DNA of 61,294 nucleotides, filler included, from Methanobacteriota archaeon (GCA_024860865.1; 5 parts of 5 records of this genome joined end to end with filler, not necessarily neighbours in it), one strand, 5' to 3'; positions 21,017 through 32,027 are shown, counted from the first letter of the whole stretch. The notes: a model not told the origin generated them from the letters alone. Made by a program: numbers and translations.

Positions 21017-21754
21017 CTAGATTTTTTTCTGATGGTGTTTCCTACATTTTAAAACTAAGCTTGCACCTAAAAATGGCGGGTGGACTTTATTTTCAAGGTG
21101 TTTAAAATAAAATAAAAGTGATTTATTTAACCACGAGTTTGCAATGTCCTTTTGAGAGTAATTCTTATGCAGCAACCCGACTTTAATTCCCATTAAAACT
21201 AAAGCTCCTACACTATTCCAGTATCTCACCATCTGAATTAAAAAACCAGCTTTTATTAGTTTGTTTATTATTTCCTTTTTAGTGTATCGACGCTCATGTC
21301 CCACTAGATCATCATGTTCCGTCCATAGCCTAGGTAATGCAGGCACAGTCACTATCAAAACTCCATCACTTTTTAATGCCCGATAGGATTCGCTGAGTAC
21401 AAAGTTATCATCTTTAGTATGTTCAAGCACATCTGAGAGTATAATACAATCAAAAGGTGTAAAAAAATTCCACGGTCTTTCAGCATCTAAATTCACAAAA
21501 TTGATTTCATTAGATCCTCCATTATTTAACAACGAATTGCTAATATCCATAACATCTGCAGCTGTTACTTTGCATCCTTTTTTTGCAAGAGCTACCGCTA
21601 AAGAGCCGGTACCGCATCCCATATCTAGCACAGTCTTTCCTTCAATTAGGCTGAGAATTAATTCTTGTTTGGCTGATATCCAAAAGTAACTGAGATTTTC
21701 TAACTCTTGCAGTTCTTTAAGAGTTGTTAAGTTTTCTTTTAAAATACTCTCCAT
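21017..21754 (-). CDS. Class I SAM-dependent methyltransferase
   Basis: VLDMGCGTG, DVLEH, TVPA...W..HD...H.RRY. Confidence 0.88.
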   Translation of the reverse strand: MESILKENLTTLKELQELENLSYFWISAKQELILSLIEGKTVLDMGCGTGSLAVALAKKGCKVTAADVMDISNSLLNNGGSNEINFVNLDAERPWNFFTPFDCIILSDVLEHTKDDNFVLSESYRALKSDGVLIVTVPALPRLWTEHDDLVGHERRYTKKEIINKLIKAGFLIQMVRYWNSVGALVLMGIKVGLLHKNYSQKDIANSWLNKSLLFYFKHLENKVHPPFLGASLVLKCRKHHQKKI

Positions 21755-22030
21755 GAAATATTGTAAAAATTACAGACAATATAAATTTTTTGGGTTAAAA
21801 CTAGCAAAGTATAAAATCAAGAGAAAATTTCCTAAAAACTCACTCTAAAGACCTCTTATTCAATATTCCATAAAAATTACCAATATCTCTCGAATGTCGG
21901 AACATAGTTTCTATAAACTTCGGGATGAGTTATTGTTCCGAAAAGCATATACTAACAAAAGAAATAGAAAACTCAAATAAGTAAAATTTTTTGGTTAATA
22001 AAAGTCGAAACAAATCATTGAGGGCACCGT

Positions 22031-22777
22031 TTGCGAAAACATAATATTACGCTTGAAGTGAGCAACTTAACCAAGAAATATAATGATTTTATAGCCATCG
22101 ATCATGTGAATTTTACGGTTTTTAATGGCGAATTTTTAGGTTTATTAGGTCCCAACGGTGCTGGAAAAACCACATTGGTAAAGATCATTTCAGCAGCAAT
22201 CAAACCATCAGAAGGCATAATCACAATTAACGGTCATAAAATCCATGAAGAACCTGGAGAAGTTAAAAAATCAATAGGTGTTGTGTCTCATAATTCTTAT
22301 TTATATGAAGAACTAACTGCTTATGAAAATCTCGAATTCTTTGGCAAAATTTACGGCATCCCAAGCAAAGAATTGGATGAGCACATTAAATGGGCTCTCG
22401 AAAGTGTAAACTTGCAACATCGCTCTCATGATGCAGTATCTACTTTTTCCCGCGGAATGAAACAAAGGTTATCAATTGCAAGAGCAATGATACATCATCC
22501 TAAACTGTTAATTCTCGATGAACCTACTGTTGGTTTAGATCTTCAGAGCAAAAACATATTTTATGATTTAATCAAAGAAATCAACAAATCTGGGAGCACT
22601 ATCTTTCTAACCACCCACTATATACTTGAAGCCGAAACTCTTTGTGATAGAATAATTATCCTCTCAAGGGGAAAAGTTGTACTTGAAGGTAAAGTCACTT
22701 CTATTAAAGAGCAATATCCCAATATGACATTTGAAGACATATATCTTGAAGTTACAAAATCAGGAGCAAAGCTGTAG
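22031..22777 (+). CDS. ccmA: Heme exporter ATPase CcmA
   Basis: GPNGAGKTT, FSRGMKQR, LDEP; first gene of the ccm cluster. Confidence 0.85.
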   Translation: MRKHNITLEVSNLTKKYNDFIAIDHVNFTVFNGEFLGLLGPNGAGKTTLVKIISAAIKPSEGIITINGHKIHEEPGEVKKSIGVVSHNSYLYEELTAYENLEFFGKIYGIPSKELDEHIKWALESVNLQHRSHDAVSTFSRGMKQRLSIARAMIHHPKLLILDEPTVGLDLQSKNIFYDLIKEINKSGSTIFLTTHYILEAETLCDRIIILSRGKVVLEGKVTSIKEQYPNMTFEDIYLEVTKSGAKL

Positions 22778-23452
22778 TTGATAAATGAAATTTTAATCGT
22801 TGCATCAAAAGATTTACGAGTGGAATTTAGATCTAAAAGCACAATCAATTCAATGGTATTATTTGCGATGATAACCATCATAATATTTAGCTTTGGTTTG
22901 GGTCCATTTCCACCTTATATTGGAGAAGTAGGCCCAGGTTTATTATGGTTAGTGTTTCTATTTACAGGCATGTTAGGATTTGCTAGAACATTTGTTCATG
23001 AAAAAGAAATGGGAACATTTGAAGGGCTTAAAATCTCCCCCTTAAGCACTCTTTCAATTCTCATTGGAAAAGCTATCTTTAATTTTACATTAATGTTGAT
23101 AGTAGAAATTTTAGCATTCCCGCTCTTTCTTGTAATGACCGGTTATAATGTAAAAGGAAGCTTAGTATTAGCATTTTTTTTAATTGTACTCGGCACTATA
23201 GGTTTTGTTATCATCGGGTCTATGATGTCTGCGCTTATAATCAACGCTAGAACTCGAGAAATGCTTCTACCAATTATTACATTTCCGTTGGCAGTTCCAC
23301 TAGTTATTGCTGCAACACTATCGCTCAAAAAAGTTTTAGCAGATGGTTCAGGCTTTAGTGAAGTTTTTGTAGAAGTTGAGTTTATGTTTATATACATTGT
23401 GATAATGAGTATAGTATCTATGCTAACGTTTGATTACGCTGTTGAAGAGTGA
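22778..23452 (+). CDS. ccmB: Heme exporter permease CcmB
   Basis: KDLRVEFR, E.E.GT.EGL, LLPII.FPL.VP, six TM helices. Confidence 0.9.
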   Translation: MINEILIVASKDLRVEFRSKSTINSMVLFAMITIIIFSFGLGPFPPYIGEVGPGLLWLVFLFTGMLGFARTFVHEKEMGTFEGLKISPLSTLSILIGKAIFNFTLMLIVEILAFPLFLVMTGYNVKGSLVLAFFLIVLGTIGFVIIGSMMSALIINARTREMLLPIITFPLAVPLVIAATLSLKKVLADGSGFSEVFVEVEFMFIYIVIMSIVSMLTFDYAVEE

Positions 23453-24186
23453 TTTCTGCAAGAACAATGGGTGATATAGTGAAACTCGAAAGAAAATATG
23501 CGTTCCTACTACTTTGCGCTTTGTATGTAATAATTCTAATTGGCATGTATGAAGCACTAATAGTTTTAGGGCCACTTAGCCCAGAATCCTTGAGGTGGAT
23601 AGGAGACCCAATGGAGCAAGGTTACAGGATATTTTTTTTCTCAATGCCAAATGCTGCTGTGGTTTATCTTGCATTTTTTGTTATACTAATAGCTAGCATA
23701 ATGTATCTAAGAGATAGACAAATTAGGTGGGATTTAATAGCATCGGGCTCTGCCAAACTCGGTTTAGTGTTTTGCACAATTCTCTTAATCACAGGGTCAA
23801 TATTTTCTAACCTAGCATGGGGTGCATATTGGAACTGGGATCCTCAACAAACAGCGGCACTTGTGCTTTGGTTTATACTCGCTGGCTACCTTTCTTTACG
23901 CTCAGCTATTGAAGACGACGAGGCGAGAGCAAGACTTTCAGCCATATTTGGCATATTTGGATTTTTAGGTGTTCCCTTAAGCTATGTTTCTGCGGTGATT
24001 TGGTCATCTATCCATCCACGATTTGCGACTGGTTTCAGCTTAGATCCCTTAGGTAAATTAGTTACAATAATCATAGTACTTGGCCTTCTCATACTTTTTG
24101 CTTACTTACTTTGGCTCGAAGTTAGCGCCAAAAAACTAGAAAAGGAGTACCAAAGGCTACTGTCTAAAGCTAAGAGAGAGGAGTAA
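23449..24186 (+). CDS. ccmC: Cytochrome c biogenesis protein CcmC
   Basis: WWD motif WGAYWNWDP and SIHP; the first His motif is altered (see findings). Confidence 0.88.
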   Translation: MISARTMGDIVKLERKYAFLLLCALYVIILIGMYEALIVLGPLSPESLRWIGDPMEQGYRIFFFSMPNAAVVYLAFFVILIASIMYLRDRQIRWDLIASGSAKLGLVFCTILLITGSIFSNLAWGAYWNWDPQQTAALVLWFILAGYLSLRSAIEDDEARARLSAIFGIFGFLGVPLSYVSAVIWSSIHPRFATGFSLDPLGKLVTIIIVLGLLILFAYLLWLEVSAKKLEKEYQRLLSKAKREE

Positions 24187-24276
24187 GTATTTGTTAAGTT
24201 AGAATATAACAATTTTCACGATAAAAAACGAATTTTGGAAAAGTTATTTAAATCATATAAAAAATAATAGTTTTCT

Positions 24277-24414
24277 ATGCCTGAGTTTGAGAGCATTCTA
24301 GCAGTAGCAATAATACTGTGGTCTGGTTTAATATTATATGCGATATATTTGGACTCAAGAGTTAGAGATTTGGCCAAAAAAATATCGAATTTGGAAAAAA
24401 TGTTTGAGAAATGA
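24277..24414 (+). CDS. ccmD: CcmD-like small membrane protein
   Basis: 45 aa (MPEFESILAVAIILWSGLIIYAIYLDSRVRDLAKKI...) with one TM and a charged tail, between ccmC and ccmE. Not in the ORF track. Confidence 0.75.
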   Translation: MPEFESILAVAIILWSGLILYAIYLDSRVRDLAKKISNLEKMFEK

Positions 24415-24437
24415 AGTCAGTGACAATTATGGTTAAG

Positions 24438-24833
24438 ATGAGTAAAAACTTAAAAATTGGAATTGGTATTTTGTTAATTGCAGTGTGCATTGCAATTGGA
24501 TATAGCACTGTCTTCAAATTTTTTAATCCATACCATTTTGTCAGCAACTTAACTGCAAATCCAGATCAATATATGAACAAACAAGTGCAAGTAATAGGGG
24601 TTGTAGTTCCGGGCACTATTGAACTGGCTTCTGGTACCTTGAAATTTGATATCACAGATGGTAACTCAAGAATAAAAGTTGCATATGGCGGATCTCCTGT
24701 TCCAATAAGAGAGAGTATAAATGTTGTTGTTATTGGATCACTTATATCCCCAACTCAATTTCAAGCTACAAAAATTCTAACCCAATGTCCATCAAAGTAT
24801 GAACAAACATTAAGCGCTGCTAATAAGACTTAA
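24438..24833 (+). CDS. ccmE: Heme chaperone CcmE, CxxxY type
   Basis: N-terminal TM, OB-fold-like body, ILTQCPSKY (System I* variant). Confidence 0.9.
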   Translation: MSKNLKIGIGILLIAVCIAIGYSTVFKFFNPYHFVSNLTANPDQYMNKQVQVIGVVVPGTIELASGTLKFDITDGNSRIKVAYGGSPVPIRESINVVVIGSLISPTQFQATKILTQCPSKYEQTLSAANKT

Positions 24834-24870
24834 ACAGGCAACCACATGCTACTTTTTTAAATTTTAGGAT

Positions 24871-26856
24871 TTGATAAGAATGACATTAGGGTCTATACTA
24901 TTAATAATAAGCTGGCTTGCTGGTTTTGCATCGTTAGCTTTGCTATTTCTGCTAGATTTGCGTTTTAATGAATACTTGAAAGATAAAACAATAAATTATA
25001 TGATTGAAAGTTTAAAAAATAAATATACAATTTCAATTCGCGCATACACTTTGTTATTAACATCATGTTCTATTCTTCTTTTCAACGCATTTTTATACTC
25101 AGATTTTTCACTTGCGTATGTATTTGAATACAGCAGCTCAGAACTTTTATGGTTTTATAAAATTTCAGCATTCTGGGCAGGAACATCTGGCTCTCTTTTA
25201 TTATGGGCATGGTTGATTTCTCTATTCATTTGGTGGTGGAGTGAAAAAGTAGACTTTAATTCCCAATTTGTTAGAAGAACTACAATTTTTTCAATAATAA
25301 TTGGATTATTTTTCTTAACAATAACGCTGGTTGATTCGCCCTTTAGATCAATCACAGGCTCGGTCCTAGAAAATCTCTGGCGTGCCGGAGTTGATGGGAT
25401 GGGGCTAAACCCTTTGCTTCGTGACCCCTGGATGGTTATTCACCCTCCAATTTTATTCGTTGGATATGCTGCGATAACGCTACCTGCTGCTGCGGCTATT
25501 GCGTATCTAATTAATCCCGATGAAAGTTGGGAAAAACTTACGCGGCAATGGTCTAGAATTGCTTGGATATTCTTGATGGCTGGCATTGCTATTGGCGGAT
25601 TTTGGTCGTATAAGGTATTAGGGTGGGGTGGATTCTGGGCCTGGGATCCAGTTGAAACTACTTCATTCATCCCATGGCTTACGATGACGGCATTTTTACA
25701 CGGAACGGTTCAATACCGCAAGAATAGAAAGTTTAATTTCATAACTCCGCTTTTAGGAATCGTATCACTTCTATTAGTTGTATATGCTACGTTTGTTACT
25801 AGAAGTGGAATTCATGAATCCTTCCATTCTTTTGGCGAAAGTGCTACATCACCATTTTTCTTGATATTTATAGCAGCTGTAATTATTGCAACAATAGCGT
25901 CTGCTATCCGATTTATAAGCAAACAAATAAAATTGACTGGCGAAGAAAGTATTTCGCTACTCTCTAAACAAAATTTAATTTTACTTACAATTATCGCATT
26001 TGTTATGTTAACATTCATATCTTTATGGGGAACAACCTATCCAGTAATTTATGAGATCTTAACAGGCATGAAAATTTCAATTGAAAAATCATTTTTTAAC
26101 TTTTGGAGCCTTCCATTCACTATTATATTGTTTTTAACTATGTGGGCATGCATGTTATTTGGTTTCCTTAAAGAAGGTCTATTAGTAAAAACTTTAATGT
26201 TGTTAATTGCGGCCACAGTAGGTTCTATACTTATCAAACCTACTGAAAATTTCTATGCTAATGCCTTGTTACCCTCAGCATTTCTAGTAATTGGCGGGGT
26301 TATATTTGGGCTATTAAAAATTATTAAAACTCCAAGAAGTTTTGCTAGATCTATTAAATTAATCTCTCCTTATGTGATTCATTTAGGAGTTGCATTTATA
26401 ATAATTGGTATTGTGGTGAGCACGGCATTTCAAAAAGAGATTTTTGAGAAATTTAACATCGGCGAAAATAAAGAAATCGGTCGAGAATACGGTCTGAGTG
26501 TAACTAATATTAGCGCGTATGTTAATTGGCAAGATTTTACTTGGGCACAAAAAACTGATTTATTTTTAAATAAAAACGGTGTTAGAGTTGGAGAAGGTAA
26601 CCCATTAATCTATTATAATTTAAGACCAATGCTGTGGGGGGGCGAGTCAGAGGGTCCCTTCGCAAAAGTATACATCCATCGCACTCTGCTCTTCGATATT
26701 TACGTAGCTTTCGAAGGTGTAGGCTCAGAAGAGGAAATTGAACAAGGTATCCCGTTGAGAATTAAAATGTTTCCACTAGTTAATTTTCTATGGTTTGGGG
26801 TCATACTTGTATCATTAGGTGGAGCGCTGTTGATAATTTCAGAGCCAAAAAAGTAA
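24871..26856 (+). CDS. ccmF: Cytochrome c heme lyase CcmF
   Basis: GLNPLL, HPP, WGGFWAWDPVE, TRSG..SFHSF. Confidence 0.95.
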   Translation: MIRMTLGSILLIISWLAGFASLALLFLLDLRFNEYLKDKTINYMIESLKNKYTISIRAYTLLLTSCSILLFNAFLYSDFSLAYVFEYSSSELLWFYKISAFWAGTSGSLLLWAWLISLFIWWWSEKVDFNSQFVRRTTIFSIIIGLFFLTITLVDSPFRSITGSVLENLWRAGVDGMGLNPLLRDPWMVIHPPILFVGYAAITLPAAAAIAYLINPDESWEKLTRQWSRIAWIFLMAGIAIGGFWSYKVLGWGGFWAWDPVETTSFIPWLTMTAFLHGTVQYRKNRKFNFITPLLGIVSLLLVVYATFVTRSGIHESFHSFGESATSPFFLIFIAAVIIATIASAIRFISKQIKLTGEESISLLSKQNLILLTIIAFVMLTFISLWGTTYPVIYEILTGMKISIEKSFFNFWSLPFTIILFLTMWACMLFGFLKEGLLVKTLMLLIAATVGSILIKPTENFYANALLPSAFLVIGGVIFGLLKIIKTPRSFARSIKLISPYVIHLGVAFIIIGIVVSTAFQKEIFEKFNIGENKEIGREYGLSVTNISAYVNWQDFTWAQKTDLFLNKNGVRVGEGNPLIYYNLRPMLWGGESEGPFAKVYIHRTLLFDIYVAFEGVGSEEEIEQGIPLRIKMFPLVNFLWFGVILVSLGGALLIISEPKK

Positions 26857-27015
26857 ACAACCCTAATTCCTAAAACCAACTCTACCAATATCATGGTTCC
26901 TATGAAAAAGTATTTGTGGAAATTTAGTTTATTATGCTAACTTTTATGAGCAAGCAAAATTTCAGAGTCAAGCAAAATAAAGAAATTAATAGGCATCCTT
27001 CAAAAATGTTAAATT

Positions 27016-28074
27016 TTAACTTTTAGCACTTACTTTTTTCGGCTGGTACATACAATAAGGTTCTTCGGCTAGATAATCGTTATAGCGCGAATAGGCTCTT
27101 GCCCTGCAACCACCGCAAATATTTTTAAATTCACAATATCCACATTTTCCCTCTAGCTTGCTGGTATCTCTAAGATCGGTAAAAAGTTTGGAATTTAACC
27201 ATATTTCCTTAAATGTCAAATCTCTAACGTTGCCAGCTTTAACTGGTAAATAACCGCAGGGATAAACATCGCCTACGTATGAAACAAAACAAAAGCCAGT
27301 TCCAGCAAGACAACCCTTAGTCATTGCGTGCATGCCTTCTCTTTGTAACTTAAGAGTTGTCCCTTCGGCTTTAGCTCTTTGGAGCATTATTCTAAAATAA
27401 TGTGGAGCACATGTTACTTTAACATGCATGTTAACTTTTTTCTGCACATCGTATAGCCAATTCAATGCGCGCTCATATTCTTCAGGAGGTAGCTCTTTTT
27501 CTTCAATTAACTTTCCACGTCCCGTTGGCACGAGAAAGAAAACATGCCATGCGTCTACTCCAAGTTTAATTACTAAGTCTAAAATTTTTTCAATTTCCTC
27601 AATGTTTTGTTTCGTGACAGTAGTATTAACCTGAAGACTTATACCCGCTTGTCTACAAGCTTCAATCCCTTTTAAAGTGCTTTCAAATGCACCAGGAACC
27701 TTTCTAAAATTATCATGAGACTGGGGTGAGGCTCCATCTAAACTAGCAGTGACGCGCTTTATTCCAGCTTCCTTTAATTTTTTAGCAATTTCAGGTGTGA
27801 TAAGTGTTGCATTTGTACCCAGTACTACTCTTAATCCTTTTTTCGTGCCATATTCTGTTAATTCAAAAATGTCTTTTCTAAATAATGGCTCGCCACCAGT
27901 CATAATTAATATAGGCTTACTGAAGCTTGCTATGTTATCGATCAATTGCTTAGCTTCTTGTGTAGTTAACTCATTTGGATCGGGTTCTGTTATTGCTGAA
28001 GCTCTGCAATGAATGCAGGCCAAGTTGCATGCGCGAGTAAGCTCCCATGCAATTAGTCTAGGCAGATATTCCAT
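27016..28074 (-). CDS. ahbD: Radical SAM/SPASM protein, AhbD-like heme b synthase
   Basis: WELTRACNLACIHCRA, TCAPHY, GCLAG.GF, CGGCRARAY; next to ccm. Confidence 0.78.
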   Translation of the reverse strand: MEYLPRLIAWELTRACNLACIHCRASAITEPDPNELTTQEAKQLIDNIASFSKPILIMTGGEPLFRKDIFELTEYGTKKGLRVVLGTNATLITPEIAKKLKEAGIKRVTASLDGASPQSHDNFRKVPGAFESTLKGIEACRQAGISLQVNTTVTKQNIEEIEKILDLVIKLGVDAWHVFFLVPTGRGKLIEEKELPPEEYERALNWLYDVQKKVNMHVKVTCAPHYFRIMLQRAKAEGTTLKLQREGMHAMTKGCLAGTGFCFVSYVGDVYPCGYLPVKAGNVRDLTFKEIWLNSKLFTDLRDTSKLEGKCGYCEFKNICGGCRARAYSRYNDYLAEEPYCMYQPKKVSAKS

Positions 28075-28881
28075 TTAAAAAACCTTATGATGTTCTTTTA
28101 ATAATTTTTTAGCTTTACCTACAAATAATGTTTTAGCTTGTTCTATTTTCATTGTCTTAGATAATGCGGTTTGTATAATTTCTCTCCTTAGTTTGCTCAA
28201 CTTTTGACCTAATTCTTTCGATTTGTATTTTTTCATCAATTCACTCATGACTCTTCTAGTCATAACATCAATCTTCTCAGCACGAGTTATTTTTGGTCTC
28301 AGTTTTCTCTTTTTGATTTCACAAACTTTTTCGCCTTTTTCCCTTTTGAATAGCTCAACAAAAGCTGAAGCAATTAAGGTTCCTGCTTTTCCCGGATCAG
28401 TTGAACCCGAATCAATAATAAGATTAGGTCTATCCCATCTATATTTGCCAGGTATGTCAAATTTACGAGAAATATCGCTAATTACTTCAGGCGGAATTGG
28501 TTCGCCTCTTTGTTTGTTTCTTTTAAGAGCAATTTCAGTTGAACATTGAATGAAGACAATTTTATAGGGAACTCTCAATTTTTGAGCGATTCTGATCAAA
28601 TCACGCCTCATGGTCGTGTAATAATTAGTATCATCGCAGATTGCGACATACCCTGCTTTTAATGCGAGCTTTATGAGTTCTTTCATAGTATTGCGGATAA
28701 ATGGTTCGTGGATGGGATTGAATTTTTCAGTATCAGCTGGTATCATCTCTCTTATATTGTCTGTTCCAACAACTAAGGCCGGCATTTTATGCTGTAGCTC
28801 TAACTTTTTGGCAGCTGAATAGGCTATCTCACTTTTGCCTGCCCCCGGAATTCCGCAAAAGATAATAAGCAATGTGCTCAC
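28075..28881 (-). CDS. pstK: O-phosphoseryl-tRNA(Sec) kinase
   Basis: GIPGAGKS, D.IRE, DDTNYY..MRRDL, RN..RG..IP.EVI, KFD.PG.Y.WD.P, and a C-terminal KID..TR domain as in methanococcal PSTK. Confidence 0.88.
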   Translation of the reverse strand: MSTLLIIFCGIPGAGKSEIAYSAAKKLELQHKMPALVVGTDNIREMIPADTEKFNPIHEPFIRNTMKELIKLALKAGYVAICDDTNYYTTMRRDLIRIAQKLRVPYKIVFIQCSTEIALKRNKQRGEPIPPEVISDISRKFDIPGKYRWDRPNLIIDSGSTDPGKAGTLIASAFVELFKREKGEKVCEIKKRKLRPKITRAEKIDVMTRRVMSELMKKYKSKELGQKLSKLRREIIQTALSKTMKIEQAKTLFVGKAKKLLKEHHKVF

Positions 28882-28894
28882 TCGATATTGAGAA

Positions 28895-29167
28895 TTAACT
28901 TAACTTTAATTTCATAAATTTAATTTCAAGTTCTGCCAATTCTTTCTGTTTAATTTCTAACGCCTTTTCTAATTCTTCTCTAGCAATTATACCGCTTCGG
29001 AAATCTCTCACTAATTTAGTTACTTCATCTCTCTTAACTTTAATTTGTGCTTTTAAGCTTTCAAATTCCTCATCTTTCCCAATACCTTTCTTTGAAGCTT
29101 CTCCCTTTCTCTCTTTAAGATTTTTGATATACTCTTTTAATTGCTTTTCAATTTCTTCTTTAGACAT
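28895..29167 (-). CDS. Hypothetical coiled-coil protein
   Basis: 90-aa K/E-rich ORF in line with pstK. Confidence 0.6.
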   Translation of the reverse strand: MSKEEIEKQLKEYIKNLKERKGEASKKGIGKDEEFESLKAQIKVKRDEVTKLVRDFRSGIIAREELEKALEIKQKELAELEIKFMKLKLS

Positions 29168-29250
29168 TTTTAATTCCAGACTAAAATCGATTGGTCAATG
29201 AGATAACCATGTGCCTAGTTATGGGCACAATAATTAGGCAAATATTCCTA

Positions 29251-30123
29251 CTATAGAACCTTCACTACATTGGAGTTAAGCGCAACACCTAAATTAGTTG
29301 CAACTGGATTACATTTTGCTTTTAAAATAAAAACAATCTTTTGTTGCAATGAACTATCTCCTAAAGACTCATAATTGCCCATACCTTTACAAATTACTAA
29401 GTCAGACGACTTAAGCTTTTGAATGAATTCAGTTGAACACTCTTCGAGAATGGTTCCAATTGTATTAGTTCCGGTGGTAATTAGCTCATCTATAACTTCT
29501 GTAATACCGGCTATTTGAGCGTCCTCAATTGTAGCATCATTCAAAATTGGATCTCCTTTCACTGCACCAATTACCCTAACTTTAAATTGGCGTTTAATCT
29601 GCTCGATTAGTAAACGATCAAATACTATCTCAGCTGCATTATCAAAAACATAAAATATATTTTTAGATTTATTGAGAAGATCTAACATAACTTCAGTTTC
29701 ATCAATTGCAAACTTTTCATTCAAAGCTTTTTCAAACTCGCTTTCAATATTATAATCCTTCCCTACTGCAAAATCCACAGAGTTGCCCGCTAATGCAGCT
29801 TTTAAAGCTACTTGAAATGGAGCCGAACTACTACTGATTATTTCCTGAATATCAGGAAGCAATTCTAAAGCCTTTAGGTTGCTGATGTGCTTTTCCTCGC
29901 GATAAGGGTCTGGATTATCTAGAGCTTGGCTAACAAATCGATGAATTGTTGTTCCTAATTCGGCTGGCACCCCGTTAAGATCAAAAAGATAGTTTAGTTC
30001 AAATAACGCTTTTTCAAATACCTTTAGCTGAAGGCTTTTGTCAGATGTTGCATAATTTGCAACCCTAATCACTTGGCGCAACAAGCATGGTAAACACTCA
30101 TACATAGCTTTCATACATATCAA
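29251..30123 (-). CDS. DUF89/ARMT1-like phosphatase
   Basis: ECLPC, DPY, GN..DF, DNAAEIVFD, NDAT, KGMGNYE, KC. Confidence 0.9.
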   Translation of the reverse strand: MICMKAMYECLPCLLRQVIRVANYATSDKSLQLKVFEKALFELNYLFDLNGVPAELGTTIHRFVSQALDNPDPYREEKHISNLKALELLPDIQEIISSSSAPFQVALKAALAGNSVDFAVGKDYNIESEFEKALNEKFAIDETEVMLDLLNKSKNIFYVFDNAAEIVFDRLLIEQIKRQFKVRVIGAVKGDPILNDATIEDAQIAGITEVIDELITTGTNTIGTILEECSTEFIQKLKSSDLVICKGMGNYESLGDSSLQQKIVFILKAKCNPVATNLGVALNSNVVKVL

Positions 30124-30364
30124 TTATTTAGTAGGCCCTATTTAGTTTTTAAATAAGCTCTTAAAATGTTCCTATATCACTTATTTATTAGTAGTTTTAT
30201 GATTCGTAAAAAATATCTACCACTTGACTATGCTTGAGTCCAATTTTTAATTGGAATAGCTTTAGCAATATTCATAATTGGTGCAGTTACCTGGTTCAAT
30301 AGAGAAATATGAATACCATACTGCTCAGTTAGCCAACTCAGGATGCAGTATTCCATTTTTTTCG

Positions 30365-31627
30365 CTAAGGTATCTCTTTGAAAACCGGAAGTTCTGGGGG
30401 ATTAGTAGAGAGTATCAAAATTATGAGTAAAAAAATTGCGAGGATTTTTCTTTTGTTGTCGATTTTACTTGCATCATTCAGAGGGCGCGGATGTTCATAC
30501 CAAGAAAGCCAAAATACCAATAAAGCCATTATCCACCATCCAGTCATAAAAAGCCAAAAAATAACAGGAAAAGTGAGCCACTTATGCGATTTTGGTCTAA
30601 ATATAGCTCTAGCAACATGACCGCCATCGAGTTGACCAGCTGGCATTAAATTAAGCATAGTAACAATTAACCCTGCCCAACCAGCAAAAGCAAGGGGATG
30701 CAAGTACAAAACTTGCCCTTCTGCTGGACCAAATCCCATTATTTTTGCTAACAACATCATCAATACAGGTATAGGAATACGTATGGCTTCTGCTATAGGT
30801 TCTCCAATTATTGACATTTTAAGACCAATTATCACTATGGGCAAAGTTACTAACAATCCAGCAATTGGCCCAGCAGCTCCTATATCAAATAGAGCCTTTC
30901 TGCTTGGTATTGGCGAGCGCATACTGATAACAGCTCCAAATGTTCCTAGCGGAAATGGTAGTGGAGGAGCTGGAACAAAAAAGGGCAGAGTTGCTTTAAC
31001 ACCGTATTTTCTAGCCATGATTGTATGCCCTAGTTCATGAAAACCAATTATTGCCATTAATCCAAAGGCAAAGAGCAATGCATTCTCAAATTGAGGGGCC
31101 CATCTTTCCGAGAGAATATAGCCAGCAACAAAAGTAGTTCCGAGCGTAACTATCAACAAACCAAGATTTATCAAGGGGCTTCTCATTTTTGGCTCAACTT
31201 TGGGCCTAGGAAGGACAGCAACTAGAAGTTTCCCATTTTCCTCGGCAATCATCGGCAAATATCCGAGATTCGTAAATTTGAGCTTAAGGCGTTCAAACGA
31301 TTGCTCAATATCATAGCGAGGCTGAACTCTAAACAAAACGGCATTATTTTCTATCTTTTTAGAAGCTATTACAAACTCTGCATTTACTGATTGTTCTATT
31401 TGTTCAAGCACAACGAACTCAGGAGCTTTGGTTACGTCACCAGTAAATTCGTAGATACCGGTTATCACTAAGTCGCTCTTGCAGAGAGGACATGCGTTTG
31501 GTAGTGTTTTTCCAACATAATCACCAACACCAAATGGTTGGAGTTTAGAATATTTACAAGAGATGCACTTGATCTCACTGGCTGTTTGTGTCTTTTCTTG
31601 TTTCTCTTTTGTGCCCAAACTATTCAC
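30365..31627 (-). CDS. Site-2 protease (M50) with N-terminal zinc ribbon
   Basis: [23 protein letters not shown]-terminal CISC...CPLC. Confidence 0.92.
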   Translation of the reverse strand: MNSLGTKEKQEKTQTASEIKCISCKYSKLQPFGVGDYVGKTLPNACPLCKSDLVITGIYEFTGDVTKAPEFVVLEQIEQSVNAEFVIASKKIENNAVLFRVQPRYDIEQSFERLKLKFTNLGYLPMIAEENGKLLVAVLPRPKVEPKMRSPLINLGLLIVTLGTTFVAGYILSERWAPQFENALLFAFGLMAIIGFHELGHTIMARKYGVKATLPFFVPAPPLPFPLGTFGAVISMRSPIPSRKALFDIGAAGPIAGLLVTLPIVIIGLKMSIIGEPIAEAIRIPIPVLMMLLAKIMGFGPAEGQVLYLHPLAFAGWAGLIVTMLNLMPAGQLDGGHVARAIFRPKSHKWLTFPVIFWLFMTGWWIMALLVFWLSWYEHPRPLNDASKIDNKRKILAIFLLIILILSTNPPELPVFKEIP

Positions 31628-32027
31628 CTATTTCTACTGTTCCCTCGGTAGCATTCACCCTCACAAAATTATTTGTTTTAATTACTTCAACTGGATTTTG
31701 GTCAAGCTTATCTATTAATGGAATGTTTGATATAATTGCTCCAATTGCAACTATTGGTTCAGCTTCATAATTAATTATTGCTTTAGGAGCGGTTCCAATT
31801 TTTTTCATTTGAAATAGGACATATGAACCTACAGTTGATCCTTTGCCGAATGGGAACACTATGATTTTGTTTGTTATATTTTTGTTTTTAAGCTCATGCG
31901 TTCTTTCTATTATTGTCCCCGTTTTGGGGTCGACACTTCCTAGAAACGAGATTGGCTTTGATGTAACCAGCGCATGGCCTTCAGCAGTTCCCTTTGAAAT
32001 ACATCTGCCTCTAAGAATAACTTTCAT
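31620..32027 (-). CDS. Aconitase X small subunit (DUF126; phosphomevalonate dehydratase small subunit-like)
   Basis: [20 protein letters not shown]. Confidence 0.88.
   Translation of the reverse strand: MKVILRGRCISKGTAEGHALVTSKPISFLGSVDPKTGTIIERTHELKNKNITNKIIVFPFGKGSTVGSYVLFQMKKIGTAPKAIINYEAEPIVAIGAIISNIPLIDKLDQNPVEVIKTNNFVRVNATEGTVEIGE

Noticed and set aside
21897-21941. 8-bp inverted repeat TCGGAACA/TGTTCCGA upstream of ccmA
   Set aside because: Short arms with a 29-nt spacer could arise by chance, and there is no further support.
26633-26664. G-rich hairpin inside ccmF as a second possible intron
   Set aside because: The stem relies on several G.U pairs, has no 4-bp helix with 3-nt bulges, and the frame is uninterrupted.
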